DNA from: Macrostomum lignano
Lineage: Eukaryota
Direction of reading: 5' to 3'
DNA: 64,000 nucleotides
NCBI GenBank assembly: GCA_002269645.1
Contig: NIVC01002445.1
Location: 1 to 64,000, forward strand
Shown: positions 46,384 through 59,834 of the stretch, piece after piece
Numbering within the stretch: position 1 is the stretch's first letter
How the letters are laid out: each line of letters starts with the position of its first letter
Notes under the pieces: generated by a model
What the model was told of the DNA's origin: nothing
What the model saw: only the letters and a program-made list of their open reading frames with translations
The model's database searches: none
Translations under genes and position numbers: made by a program

Positions 46384-47364
46384 AAGTGCCCTAACTGGAA
46401 TCTGTAAAGCGCTGGTTATGATCAGGCCTCGATCACTCTAGGATTATCTTGAGTCCGTGTGATTTCAATCCGCCAATGCAAATGCGGCATGCACTGCAGT
46501 ACAGAAGCCGGCATCCAAAGAGCTGATCGATCATTGATCAGGCATTCACATCTGATCGATTAGAAACCTTCAAGTCACATCCTTCTCCCTGAGAGGAATA
46601 GAAAGGAATCGCTCCAGGATAGCAGAGCAGACGGCATTGGCAAGTCAATTGTTGTCAGCCGCAGCTGTCAGCTGGAGGCTTGCCGGAAGTGCGGCCCTGA
46701 AGTTCAGTTCAACCAGGAAAATCTTTCTGGCAGCAGAGAGTAAAGAGAGGGGAGCGAGAGAGGACAAGACAAGAGAGATAACGGAGAGAGCAGAGGAGAC
46801 AGCAGATGCGGAAAATCTTTCGAGTGTCGCACTGCGCTTGCCTCACAGGTCCGGGGCAGGCCAGGCTCGCAGTGGATAGAGAACGAGAGAGATGGAGAGC
46901 CCGCCAAACCTCTCGAGGCAAAGTTGCGGATGAGAATGTAAAAAATGGGCGACATTAAGAACTCCGCAAGTAAAAAAAACTTATTGCTTGGCGAGCAAGA
47001 AGAATGGAGATTGGGGGGAAAGGGGGAGAAAGCACTAGGCCGGGTTTCCTGGCTGGGAAGTGGAGCCCCGGCACTTCGGCCATTGAGGCAGCCGAACCGA
47101 CCCAGAGTGCCGGCCACTTCCTGCGACTGCTCCGCCCGGCTCTCCTGACCGGGGGGGGGATTATTAAGGTTGGAATGCCCAACTCATCCCATCTTCTTCT
47201 CGCTTGTAGACCCATTTTACAGCAAGTTTCACCAGTATGCTGGCCTGCTTTTGGTTTTATTGTGGGCGCAAAGTCATGCGTTGGATTTCATTGCCAAGCC
47301 CTTGAGTTCATTGATCTTTGCCGACCTCTGCTCTGTCTCCCCTCAATTCCGCTCTCTCCAGCTC

Positions 47365-47967
47365 CAGTCCCTCCTTCCCAGTCCCTCTTTCCGAGTCCCT
47401 CTTTCCGAGTCCCTCTTTCCGAGTCCCTCTTTCCGAGTCCCTCTTTCCGAGTCCCTCCTTCCCAGTCCCTCCTTCCCAGTCCCTCCTTCCCAGTCCCTCC
47501 ATCCCAGTCCCTCTTTCCGAGTCCCTCCTTCCGAGTCCCTCCTTCCCAGTCCCTCCTTCCCAGTCCCTCTTTCCGAGTCCCTCCTTCCCAGTCCCTCCTT
47601 CCCAGTCCCTCCTTCCCAGTCCCTCCTTCCCAGTCCCTCCATCCCAGTCCCTCCTTCCCAGTCCCTCCTTCCCAGTCCCTCCATCCCAGTCCCTCCATCC
47701 CAGTCCCTCCTTCCCAGTCCCTCCATCCCAGTCCCTCCATCCCAGTCCCTCCTTCCCAGTCCCTCCTTCCCAGTCCCTCCTTCCCAGTCCCTCCATCCCA
47801 GTCCCTCTTTCCGAGTCCCTCCTTCCCAGTCTCTCCTTCCCAGTCCCTCCTTCCCAGTCCCTCCATCCCAGTCCCTCTTTCCGAGTCCCTCCTTCCCAGT
47901 CCCTCTTTCCGAGTCCCTCCTTCCCAGTCCCTCCTTCCCAGTCCCTCTTTCCGAGTCCCTCCATCCC
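47365..47967. repeat. 14-bp purine/pyrimidine-skewed minisatellite, ~43 copies
   Basis: Unit CCCTCCTTCCCAGT with a CCCTCTTTCCGAGT variant; the minus strand reads GGG-AAGGA-GGG-ACT-GGG... Confidence 0.97.
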
Positions 47968-48941
47968 TGCTTCGGTTCAGTGCTGACTGGCACCCGGAAC
48001 TGCCAGCGGCCTGCCACTATAATTTCGATTTTCTATTGTTAAATTCGGAAAGCTTTGCCGCCAGCTGCGCCGGCTTAAGCCGGGCCAAGCCACAGGACAG
48101 TCGCTCACTGCATGGAAACAGACCGAGCGCGGCTCATTGGGGACGCACAGACGGTGTCCCAAGGGCGAAAATCCTTCGTGACCCCGGCAAGTCCCTTGGG
48201 GATCTGGCAGTGGAGGCAAGCGTATAGGAATGCGGAACTTTGCGAAGAAGGTGCGATAATTTTGGCTCCAAGCGGTTCAAGATGGCGCAAACCTGTTCTG
48301 TATGCTCAATGCCTATGAATATGACTATGACTTCCACTGTGACACCCCATTGCTGATAGGGAGTAACGATAAATTCCAGTTCAAACAAACAAACATTAAG
48401 GGGAGCGCGCGCAACGAATGAGGCACGCTCCTGACCCGCCCATACTGCTCACAGATAGACTAATATAATGCGCTACCAGCTGGCATCTGGGCTCCCTTCG
48501 ACTTTTTTATTTGCATTTTGACATGCCGGCCGCCCAGCGCTGGGAGATCCCAAGGGACTCGGCTGTCAGGTGGTTGACTATTCTTGACGTCCCCAAGCAA
48601 GCAGTCAAATTCCTGGGGGAAATTTTCTATTTCTCTGTCAATCGCGGCCGGGAATCCTGGGATGCTGATTTTTTTTCTTAGAAATCTTCATCAACAGGCA
48701 TGCGGGCCTCTTGAAAGACGACCGATTGATAAATCATTTTCACTTGCAAATTAATTGAAAACCGTCTTAATCCTGGCTTTCGATTGTAAGAATTAGACCA
48801 ATTTTGTTTAAGTACCGAATTCAATTATTCTGCCTTTGCTTTTAGAAGCATGGGGGCTCATTGTGCGGCTTTATTCTTCCGAATCTGCTGTCCAAGCTCC
48901 TCGCTAAAAGGGGCTCTCTAAATTCCAGTTTTCATTGTCTG

Positions 48942-49930
48942 ATGACTGCAGTAATGACTGCAGCGATTGCAATGCATGACAGTAATAACAGCAGCGATTG
49001 CAATGCATGACAGTAATAACAGCAGCGATTGCAATGCATGACAGTAATGACTGCAGCGATTGCAATGCATGACAGTAATAACAGCAGCGATTGCAATGCA
49101 TGGCAGTAATGACAGCAGCGATTGCAATGCATGACAGTAATGACAGCAGCGATTGCAATGCATGACAGTAATAACAGCAGCGATTGCAATGCATGGCAGT
49201 AATGACAGCAGCGATTGCAATGCATGGCAGTAATGACAGCAGCGATTGCAATGCATGACAGTAATGACAGCAGTGATTGCAATGCGTGACAGTAATGACA
49301 GCAGTGATTGCAATGCGTGACAGTAATGACAGCAGTGATTGCAATGCGTGACAGTAATGACTGCAGCGATTGCAATGCATGACAGTAATGACAGCAGCGA
49401 TTGCAATGCATGGCAGTAATGACTGCAGTAATGACAGCAGAGATTGCAATGCATGACAGTAATGACTGCAGTAATGACAGCAGAGATTGCAATGCATGAC
49501 AGTAATGACTGCAGTAATGACTGCAGGATTGCAATGCATGACAGTAATGACAGCAGCGATTGCAATGCATGACAGTAATGACAGCAGCGATTGCAATGCA
49601 TGGCAGTAATGACAGCAGGATTGAAATGCATGACAGTAATGACAGCAGTAATGACAGCAGAGATTGCAATGCATGGCAGTAATGACAGCAGCGATTGCAA
49701 TGCATGACAGTAATGACAGCAGCGATTGCAATGCATGACAGTAATGACAGCAGCGATTGCAATGCATGGCAGTAATGACAGCAGCGATTGCAATGCATGA
49801 CAGTAATGACAGCAGCGATTGCAATGCATGGCAGTAATGACAGCAGCGATTGCAATGCATGACAGTAATGACAGCAGAGATTGCAATGCATGACAGTAAT
49901 AACTGCAGTAATGATAGCAGCGATTGCAAT
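48942..49930. repeat. 31-bp minisatellite, ~32 units with 12-bp internal indels
   Basis: Unit GCAGCGATTGCAATGCATGACAGTAATGACA. Confidence 0.97.
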
Positions 49931-49934
49931 AGAG

Positions 49935-49995
49935 TTAGGTTAGGTTAAAGTTTAGGGTTAGGTTTAGGCTTTTTTAGGTTAGGGTTAGGGCAGGG
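49935..49995 (+). repeat. Short degenerate TTAGG(G) telomere-like tract
   Basis: Three exact TTAGGG plus several TTAGG/TTTAGG, directly after the 31-bp array. Confidence 0.6.
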
Positions 49996-50882
49996 CTATG
50001 CCAAAACTGACCCGGCTGTCCCATAAAAATTGATCGGCAAAGAAAAAAAAGATACAGTGCGAGCATTTCTGCCGTCCAGATTGGTGCCTGATTGAGGCGA
50101 GTGGGTGACGGGGGCAACCGCTGGGCCCTCGTTGATGAAAATTGTGCCGAGATTCACTCCCTGACGAGAGAGAAATGAAGAGGGGGGCAGTATGGATAGC
50201 GGTGGAGGAGCCCCTCAGCCTCCAGCCTGGAGTGCCGGCATCATCACAGCTGGGAGACACACCAAGCTTTTGTTACATCCGGCCCGGCTCGATGGGATTA
50301 ATGAAATTTCGCTGGCGGAGTGGCCTAGTCGGCGGCTTCTTTTGTCCTCTCGCCCCCCTCCCGTGTCCCCCACCCGGTCTGCTGTCCCGATTGGGAAGAA
50401 ATTACTTTTTTTCCCTGCTCAGCCTCATCTCCATCTCACTCGCTCAGCGGCCAAGATGAGATAATTTGCAAATGAATTCCCAGCGCCAGTTCTGCTTTTT
50501 TCCCCAGATGTGGCAGAGGGGCAGCTGCGGACCTCCCCAGTGTGTCTGGTGGACAGCGGCAACATCCCTGAGTATAATAACTGTGACAGTTTTTTTCACA
50601 TAGGTTTGTCAGTCCTGCAGAATGCGCGCTTAAAAGTGTTTCTCTTCTGGACGGCTGGCAAAAATTGGAGGCGGTCGGAGCTTTGCGTTGAGCTGTCAAA
50701 TTTCACCTGGTTTTGCAATTTTCTGTGGGTATATGCGATGCGGAAGCAGGCACAGATGCAGAGTCAGGAGGGTTACGGGCCACTGGCTGGGTGAGCACGG
50801 AAGTCGCTTGGTAAAAGGGCAGCTGGGCATCCATGCTGAGGCCATGCGATCGAAACTTATTGCTGAGGTAGATTACTTCTGT

Positions 50883-51231
<349 letters not shown>

Positions 51232-51262
51232 AACAGGCAATTTTGAAGACAGTTTTGAAACA

Positions 51263-51302
<40 letters not shown>

Positions 51303-51752
51303 TCTGCATTTTCACCGGGCTGTTGACAAAAAGCTCAAGCAGAAACAGTCAGACTCTGTCTTTCGTAGAATTTTTGCCGAACCAAGGATGCGAAGCGAAG
51401 CCCCCATGGCCTCTCAGTTCCGTCTCCTGGAAGCAGCAGCAGAGGCCGGGGAGCAGAGCCAAAAAAGAGACGCAGCGGGAGAGACTCAGCGGAATGATGA
51501 AGCGCAGAAGCTGGAGGCTCCCCCCCACCGATCCGCCTGAATTCATCCTGGGCGGCCTTGGAGTGGCAGCCGCTCGGCACACGGCGGGTTTCCGCCTCGC
51601 TAATCGCCCTGTCGATCGGCCGCTTAGGGGGGGGGGCGGCGGCCGGGAGCTCCTCCGCGCAGGACCGGTGGGCCCGGCTCACTGCGCTTCTCAGCACAAT
51701 GCCTTTTTACGGGCGCGGGGCGGATTTTTTGCCGAAAAAGCCGTTTGCTTCT

Positions 51753-51788
<36 letters not shown>

Positions 51789-53867
51789 TGAGTCCAAGAA
51801 GATTCCATTGTCAGAAGAAGCAGAAAAACAACAGAATGCTTGGAGAGCGCATTTTTTAGCGTTACGGGCCCTGCTCATTGTTAAAGGAACATTTTTGAAT
51901 GCCGAAATTCTAGTTCCAGCCAATGCTCTCCAGGCCTTCATATTCTCCACTGGAGCTCGAGTGTTAATGATGCGAACTCGTTGGATGCCATTGTGACTGA
52001 TGATCGAACCACTGCAAAGCGGAGATGCAGGCGGCCTCGAGACCGCCGGCACCCCCTCTCTCTCTCTCTCTCTCTCTCTCTCCCTTTCTGACTGAGTCCA
52101 GAAGCCTCCGTTCCGATGGGCTCCACTTCCTGTTCTGTGGCTCGTGGCTCGCGGCGGGGGCCTCCGGAGCTGCCCTGCCGTGCCATTCACCTGGGAGGGT
52201 GGATGCGGGAGCGGGGAATGGGGAGAACGCTTCAGGGAAGTAAAATAGAGAGGCGCGCTGGCCTCTCCAGCCAGAAAGAGGCCGGGCAGGCGACCGTCTG
52301 ATGGGGCAGAGAGGCTGGCAAGGCAGAAGTGGGTGAGCGAGGCTGCAGCTTAAGCAGCGGGGGCTGGTTAGAAGTCCCCCTTTCCGCTCCGCTCCCGGGG
52401 CCCGGCCGCTCTCCACGTGCGGTAAATGACTTGAAACCGGAACCCCCATCATCTAAGTGGCCCCCCATCTCCGCGCTCCCGTCCCCCCCGGGGTCCCTGA
52501 CCCCCCCTCCTCGGCAGTCCCGTGGCGGATGCTTTGGGGTCCGCGCGGCAGTCCCTTCCCCTGCAAAAATTTTTCTACCTTCAAGCTGAAATCTCCCTCG
52601 GCCTCTCCCGCTCCGACGCCCCGTTTCCTCTCTTGTCCTCCCGCGGCCTCTCCAATCTCCGCAGGGCACGGCAGTTTTGAGTCCTCCGCCGCTGCCACCG
52701 CCGTCCCCTCCCCGACCCCTGTGCGTGCGGTGCCAGGGCCTGGGCTCGGGTCTGGTGCGGTGGAGCCGCCCCGCCACCCCCTTCCTGTCGTGTTTTTCAG
52801 TCAGCTTCCTCACTTTAATTAATTATCCCATTCACGGAACGGGACAGAGCAGAGGTTGGAGCGCGATGGAGGGTGGGACATCGCGCCGGTGCCCCTTCCT
52901 CACCCACGGGCTCCCGGGGTCTGAGCCTCATTTCCTGAGGCTTCTCGCAGCTTCCACTGTGCTGCTGCTGCTCCCTCCGGCTCTTCATCTCCCCCGGACC
53001 AGTTCTCACTCCCGGCTCAAAAATCCTTTTTCTCGACTCCTGACAAAAATTCTTCCCAAATCTTAGCCGGCGCTGCACTGGAGTTCGCTGCCGGCCTCCA
53101 GTCCAAGCCGCTATTATAATAATAGCTGTCCTTGGCGGCGACAAGTTTCAATCAATATTTTTCAACGCAGCGGTTGTTTGTGGACAAGAATTTCTCGGGT
53201 GCGCTCTGTGCTCTCCCTCCCACCCAGTCCGCGTTCGGGATTGAGGATATCGCGGAGGGGAAGTCGGGAGTCACCTTCTTGGGGGGTGTATTATGAAACA
53301 CTAATCGCCTTGCGATCTCCCCTGAGATTTCGGCTCTTTCCACTGGGAGGCTCAAGGAAGTGCGTGGGGGGGGGGGGTTGGCAGAATCGAGGCCAGGCCG
53401 CGGCTCAATGGGTGGAGGGGATTTTTCTCTTTTTTTAAATCCCCGCATTTGATCCGCAGCAAGCGAAGTCGGGGCAAATCCGCTTAAATGCCAGGCCGAG
53501 CCGAGAGCTGGGAAGGGGGTGGGGCAGGTGCTGCAGGGAGGCCAAGTGCCGCGAGTGCCGACTCTGAGAGCCGCCCCCCCCCCGTCTCAACTCCCAGAGC
53601 GATTACCGATAGAGAGTGGGGTCGGCCCTTCAGCTGACAAAAGAAGACACACGAGACCCGGAGCTGGATAGCTTGCCAGCTTAAAGCTGCCTGCATGGCG
53701 GCCATCTCGACTTCCCCGGGTGGAATTCGCTGCTGAGATAGATTATTTTTGCCGATCTCATCTTACGGGGCTGTTTAAACGGTGTTTTTAATACTGCATT
53801 TTCCGATGTTTTTGTGAGATTGTTTATGATGGTGTGCTTGAGACCTTTGGATTTTGGCAAGCCTTGT

Positions 53868-54554
53868 TCATAGTTCATGACAGCAATCAGTCATAGTTCA
53901 TGACAGCAATCAGTCATAGTTCATGACAGCAATCAGTCATAGTTCATGACAGCAATCAGTCATAGTTCACGACAGAAATCAGTCATAGTTCATGACAGCA
54001 ATTAGTCATAGTTCACCAGAGCAATCAGTCATGGTTCACGAGAGCAATTAGTCATAGTTCACCAGAGCAATTAGTCATAGTTCACCAGAGCAATCAGTCA
54101 TAGTTCACCAGAGCAATTAGTCATAGTTCACCAGAGCAATCAGTCATGGTTCACGAGAGCAATTAGTCATAGTTCAAGAGCAATTAGTCATAGTTCACCA
54201 GAGCAATTAGTCATAGTTCACCAGAGCAATCAGTCATAGTTCACCAGAGCAATTAGTCATAGTTCACGACAGCAATCAGTCATAGTTCACGAGAGCAATC
54301 AGTCATAGTTCACGAGAGCAATCAGTCATAGTTTACGAGAGAGCAATCAGTCATAGTTCACGACAGCAATCAGTCATAGTTCACGAGAGCAATCAGTCAT
54401 AGTTCATGACAGCAATCAGTCATAGTTCACGACAGCAATCAGTCATAGTTCACGAGAGAGCAATCAGTCATAGTTCACACTGACAATAAGTCATAGTTCA
54501 CACTGACAATCAGTCATAGTTCACACTGACAATCAGTCATAGTTCACACTGACA
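53868..54554. repeat. 23-bp minisatellite, ~30 copies
   Basis: Unit TCATAGTTCAYGASAGCAATYAG. Confidence 0.97.
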
Positions 54555-55080
54555 TTCTATGTTTTTCTCGGCTGTCTCACAAATTCAGCGCCAGCAGCTG
54601 AAAGATTTGCATATTTTCCTGAGATTTTTGTTCTCAGTCTTCATTCCCATGCGAGTTGATACGGGGAACGAACTGGCTGGCTCGGCTCTCCAATGGGCAG
54701 TAATGAAGGCCGAGTCCCTAGGGGGGAGGGGGGCTGCAACGGAGAGCCCGATTGCGCGTGGGGACTCCGGATTGGCGATTCCCAATCAGGTTAGCGGCGG
54801 GCAGGTTGGGGGTTCGATTCCCCTGGGCGCCGGATCGCACAATCGCGCGATAGAAAAAAAACGTTTAGAAGAAGACAAGAAATGCGCGAGCTCGAAGATT
54901 TGCAGCTCTGTTATAAGCGGGAAATTCTGTGCTGCTGGGATTACAGGTGGTTGAGGTGTCTGATGCTATCAATAATCTTAGTTGTCAGGCGAACAGTGGG
55001 TTGAAGGCAGAACTTAACCTTACAATAAACAAGTGGCGACAACACTAGCGACTTAATTGCTCGTAACGTTCATAGCAACA

Positions 55081-55470
55081 AAATTAGCGACACATTAGCG
55101 AAACAATTACAGACACAATTACCGACACAACTGGCGACACAATTAGCGACACAATTAGCGACACAATCAGCGACAAAATTAGCGACACAATTAGCGACAC
55201 AACTAGCGACTCAATTAGCGACTCAATTAGCGACACAATTACCGACATAAGTAGCGACACAACTAGCGACAAAATTAGCGACACAATTAGAGGCACAATT
55301 ATAGACACAGTTAGCAACTTAATTAACGACCTAGTTTGTGAAAAATTAGAAATACAATTAGAAACAAACCAAACAATTGAAACCATTTTTAGTATATGGG
55401 ACGACACAATTAGCGACACAACTAACGACAAAATTAACGACATAATTGGCGACAAAATTAGAGACACAAG
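55081..55470. repeat. Degenerate 12-bp minisatellite
   Basis: Unit TTAGCGACACAA. Confidence 0.92.
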
Positions 55471-57324
55471 TCAAGCTAAACACGCAGCCCCTAAACAGTC
55501 ATAGTTTAAACACAGCACGTGAAAACAGTGCCCCATCGAGCGCCACGAATTTCTGTCAGATTTATTCAAGCCAATTAAAATCCAGTCACAGGAAAAATGG
55601 TTCATAGATTTAAGAGCTCGTCAGTTCTGAAAACTTTGCTTTGTTGAGTCAAGCGCGCACTTCTGCCATTCAGCCGCGCTTTCTTGTTGACACTGCAGCA
55701 AAATTTTGACAAATTCTACATCAAGAAAAGCTAGGCAGAGCAGACAGAATGTCTATCTAGACGACTTTCTGTTCTCAGGACGAGTTGAGAAGTCCGACAT
55801 GCGAGCCTGAGCAATTTGGACCTGTTGCAGTTTTCAATTGGCAATTTGCGGGAAGATTCTCCCAGGGAATATCGGCAGCTGCGGCAGCTGAAGGTTTCGA
55901 GAGCCACCGGCCCCCCTGTGTCAACAGCCGGCCGGAGACAATGCATGGCGAAGATTTCTGGGGTTGAATGTCGCACAGCAAAGTTTAGCTGGAGGAGGTC
56001 GGCGCAAGAGGGGAGGCAGCGGCTGCACTTGCCTTCAATCACTCCTGAGCTCCCTCACTCCCTTGCACAGCGCAGACTGGTGCAGACATGCAAACATATA
56101 TCTCACCATGCAGATGTAGGCTATATTTTAACACCGGTAAGATGATGGATGTTCGATTCTGTAAGCGGTCAAATTTATTTGGGGCTTGTGTGCACAAAAA
56201 TTGGCCGGGAGGGGGTTGTCGTGCGATTCGCAGCCATGTACGACACAAACGTACAGTCGCCTAGATTTTCAGTAGTCTCCAAATGCCGTTTTGTCTGCAA
56301 AAAATGAGTCGATGTGGAGAAGATGTGAACGACGCGGAGATGCAACCATTATTGAGCTGTCCAATGCTAGAAACGGAATAAAAAGTTTTCAACAAACTGC
56401 ATGTAGGTTTTGACCTTGTACAGTCACTATTGCTCATCTCTATCTAGCCTAAGATACGAGTGTCAGCATCCCCTGTGAGCTTTGGCTCAAAGCATCACCT
56501 GAGCAACCCCCATAAGCCACCATTCCAGCAATCCCAGCCATCAGAGGGAACCGCAGGTTTCCCTGACATCCCTGCGTTATGAAAGAGACGCCGCACAACA
56601 AGTAGACAGGATGCACCCCCCGATGCGAGGGAAAATCAAAGGGCTCTGGGTAGACGGCAAGAATTACAGATCAGGCGCAGTTAGAGGATGACCGCTGCAG
56701 GTGGACAGAGAAAAAGTCCTCTCGAGTTCTCAACGGCCCCCTTCCCATCCTGTCCTGAGTAATGAGAGCCCTCGGAGATGTAATTGTCCCAACCGCTGCC
56801 TCATTTTGTCCGCCCCTTCATTCGGAAATTGATGGGTTGGAAGTTTCGGGGTGACATCGGATGGAACAGCAGCTGAAAAGGCTGACGGACGGCAGCCGCG
56901 AGTGAAAGTCGCAGTTTTTCAGGCGACCTTGCTGGATTTGGGAGCTGCAGTGCAGGTGAGGTGCGACAAATTAATGATTAAATCTGCGGTCGATGCTGTA
57001 CATGCTGAGCATGATTTGTTGCTAGAAACATTATGTCCTCGCAGATGAAAATTTCTCTGAGATAAACACATTGCGGGATTATGGAAATCCAAAAGTACGG
57101 TGAAAGGAACGCCTTCCAAAGCGCGCAGTGCCATGAATGCGCACTCTTGGTCAGAGCAAGAGCGTACTGGACGTGTTGCATAACGAATGACAAGTGGCAG
57201 GTCCATAATTCATCTATGGTCGTTCGATGCAAGTGGGCTTGTTGGTGCAATGCCCGATAGTTTGAAAGGGAGTGTTTGTGAATACTTTCTATAAGTGGCT
57301 ACATGTATGGGATTCTTTCTATGC

Positions 57325-58208
57325 AGGGATGCTCGCTATTTAGGGATTCTTGCTATCTGGGGGGTGCTTGCTATCTGCAGGATGCTTGCTATCTGGGTGG
57401 ATGCTTCAACAATATCTGAGGGATACTTGCCATCTGCAGGATGCTTCTATAATATCTGGGGGGTGCTTGCTATCTGCAGGATGCTTGCTATCTGCAGGAT
57501 GCTTGCAATCTAGGTGGATGCTTCTATCTGGGGGATGCTTGCTATCTGCAGGATGCTTGCTATCAGCAGGATGCTTGCAATCTAGGTGGATGCTTCTATA
57601 ATATCTGGGGGGTGTTTGCTATCTGGGGTGATGCTTGCTATCTGGGGGGATGCTTGCTATCTGCAGAATGCTTGCTATCTGGGTGGATGCTTGCTATCTG
57701 CAGGATGCTTGCAATCTAGGTGGATGCTTCTATCTGGGGGATGCTTGCTATCTGCAGAATGCTTGCTATCTGCAGGATGCTTGCTATCTGCAGGATGCTT
57801 GCAATCTAGGTGGATGCTTCTATAATATCTGGGGGGTGCTTGCTATCTGCAGAATGCTTGCTATCTGGGTGGATGCTTGCTATCTGCAGGATGCTTGCTA
57901 TCTGCAGGATGCTTGCAATCTAGGTGGATGCTTCTATAATATCTGGGGGGTGCTTGCTATCTGCAGAATGCTTGCTATCTGGGGGATGCTTGCTATCTGG
58001 GGGGATGCTTGCTATCTGGGTGGATGTTTGCTATCTGGGGGATGCTTGCTATCTGCAGATGCTTGCTATCTGGGGTGATGCTTGCTATCTGCAGATGCTT
58101 GCTATCTGGGGTGATGCTTGCTATGAGCATTAGGGGATGCTTGCTATCTGCGGTTGCTTACTTTTGGAGGGGGGTGCTTGCTATCTGGGGGGATGCTTGC
58201 TGTCTTGG
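57325..58208. repeat. Degenerate ~17-18-bp minisatellite
   Basis: Unit GATGCTTGCTATCTGCAG / GATGCTTGCTATCTGGGG, with higher-order blocks. Confidence 0.95.
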
Positions 58209-58210
58209 GA

Positions 58211-58244
58211 ATTAGGGGGAGCTATTATTATAGCTCCCCCTAAT
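58211..58244. other. Perfect 15-bp inverted repeat with a 4-nt loop
   Basis: ATTAGGGGGAGCTAT-TATT-ATAGCTCCCCCTAAT, at the end of the 18-bp array. Confidence 0.9.
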
Positions 58245-59834
58245 CATTTTCTAATTGTTGTCTGTTTGTTAATTTTAGAGAAAAAGTGATTCATAGCAAA
58301 CATCTTTGTCCGTGACAATTTTACACGAATAAGGTGATTTTTAAAAGTGAATAAGGAATTGGTTCTTAAAAAATGTGCTTTTTTAATTGTTTTTCATGAA
58401 CTATTTTTGCTCCTTTCTTATTGGGCTTTTATATTTACTTTCTATATTTAGTTATCTTTCAACTAAAGCTTTCTCACTGCTTTCAGCCATTCACTTTTAA
58501 CTTTGTTGAAAATGTTAGATCTGAAGTTGAAAGTTCAAAAATATTCGGCCATGCAATCATTTGTTATCTGACGCGCTTATAACAGTGCAAACAGTGTATA
58601 CACTGGAAGCCAGTCCCAAGCTGCTGCAACATTGCCTACCATACTGTAATGCAAGCAGGCCCTGTAGACAAAGACCTTGAGCACACAGGGATCTTTTATG
58701 CTCCAACGAGAGCCCAAAAGCAGAACTACCGAGAGGCTTGGAGGATTTGAGGAAGATTTGCGGTGTCAGTCAGAAATCGGCATGAAAATCCCGTGCAACC
58801 TCTCGAGTTTTGCCCGGGCCGTGCCCCCCTCACCCACTTTTTTGCTGAAGTTTTTCTATATCTGCTCCAGACCAGCGGCCGCGGACGAATTGCTGCCTCG
58901 TTCAGCCACTTCTGCGCAAGTCCCGCATTCCCCCTCTGCCAGTGTTGAGTCGGACAGCCCCCCCCCCTGTGCAACTCAACAACAACAGCAGCGGCAGCAC
59001 CAGCCAGACAGGCTGCGGGGCTCTCGTCTCCTCCCCCAACCCCCACCCCTCGAGATCATCGGCAGGGGGGCGCTGAGGATCCCCCCGGGGTTCAAAACTG
59101 AGTGAGAAGTAGTGAGGAGAGAGAGTGTGTGATTGTGTGATGCGTGTAGCAGTGGGTTTGCCTCCCCAGAGCCGCAATTAGCAGTGGGGAGTGGAGAAAC
59201 GAAGCCTGGGAAAACTCCGGCTCTGAACCCTAATCAGGGCGGAGGGTGAGGCGAGTAGAGAGAGAGCCAGCGTGAGCTGCTAACGATGTGCACCATGTGT
59301 TGCTTGCGACTCAGTTTATGTTGTGATTTGCTCCACTCCCCCTGTGTCTCTCGCCCTGCCTCAGGGCCAGGAAGTCGCGATGGCCGGCAAATCCTCGCGA
59401 CTCGCCCCCCACAGATCTCCAGCTAGACATGCTCGGCCCCTGCTCGGCACAACCCCCTAATTGCCTCACGATACCTTCGGGCTGAATTTTTGCCGCCTCG
59501 GCGTCTGCGCCGCGCGCGCTTATGTCCAAAGCCATGCGCAATTGGGCAAATGCGCGTACTAGCTGCAACCCAGGCAGCAATTATTGGCACAGAAAATTTT
59601 CTACTAACCAAAACCAAACTGTTTTTTCCTCTAATTCGGAACTCAAGCTCTCTTCATTATTTCCCAATAGGTTCGATAAACTTTTTATGCGGCATCGGAC
59701 CCGCAGGGCTCGATTCTAACAGTGTCTCTTTATCCTTAATTGATTGCTTGTTTAACTTGTTCGTCTGTTAAGCATTTACATTGCCCCAAGCATGCTCTGT
59801 GGGTGTCTAAGTGAGGAGAGAAAGACGGCAAACC

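Noticed and set aside
56830-57300. Cys-rich short frames as an exon of a second host gene
   Set aside because: No recognisable domain and no consistent splice-site or frame support.
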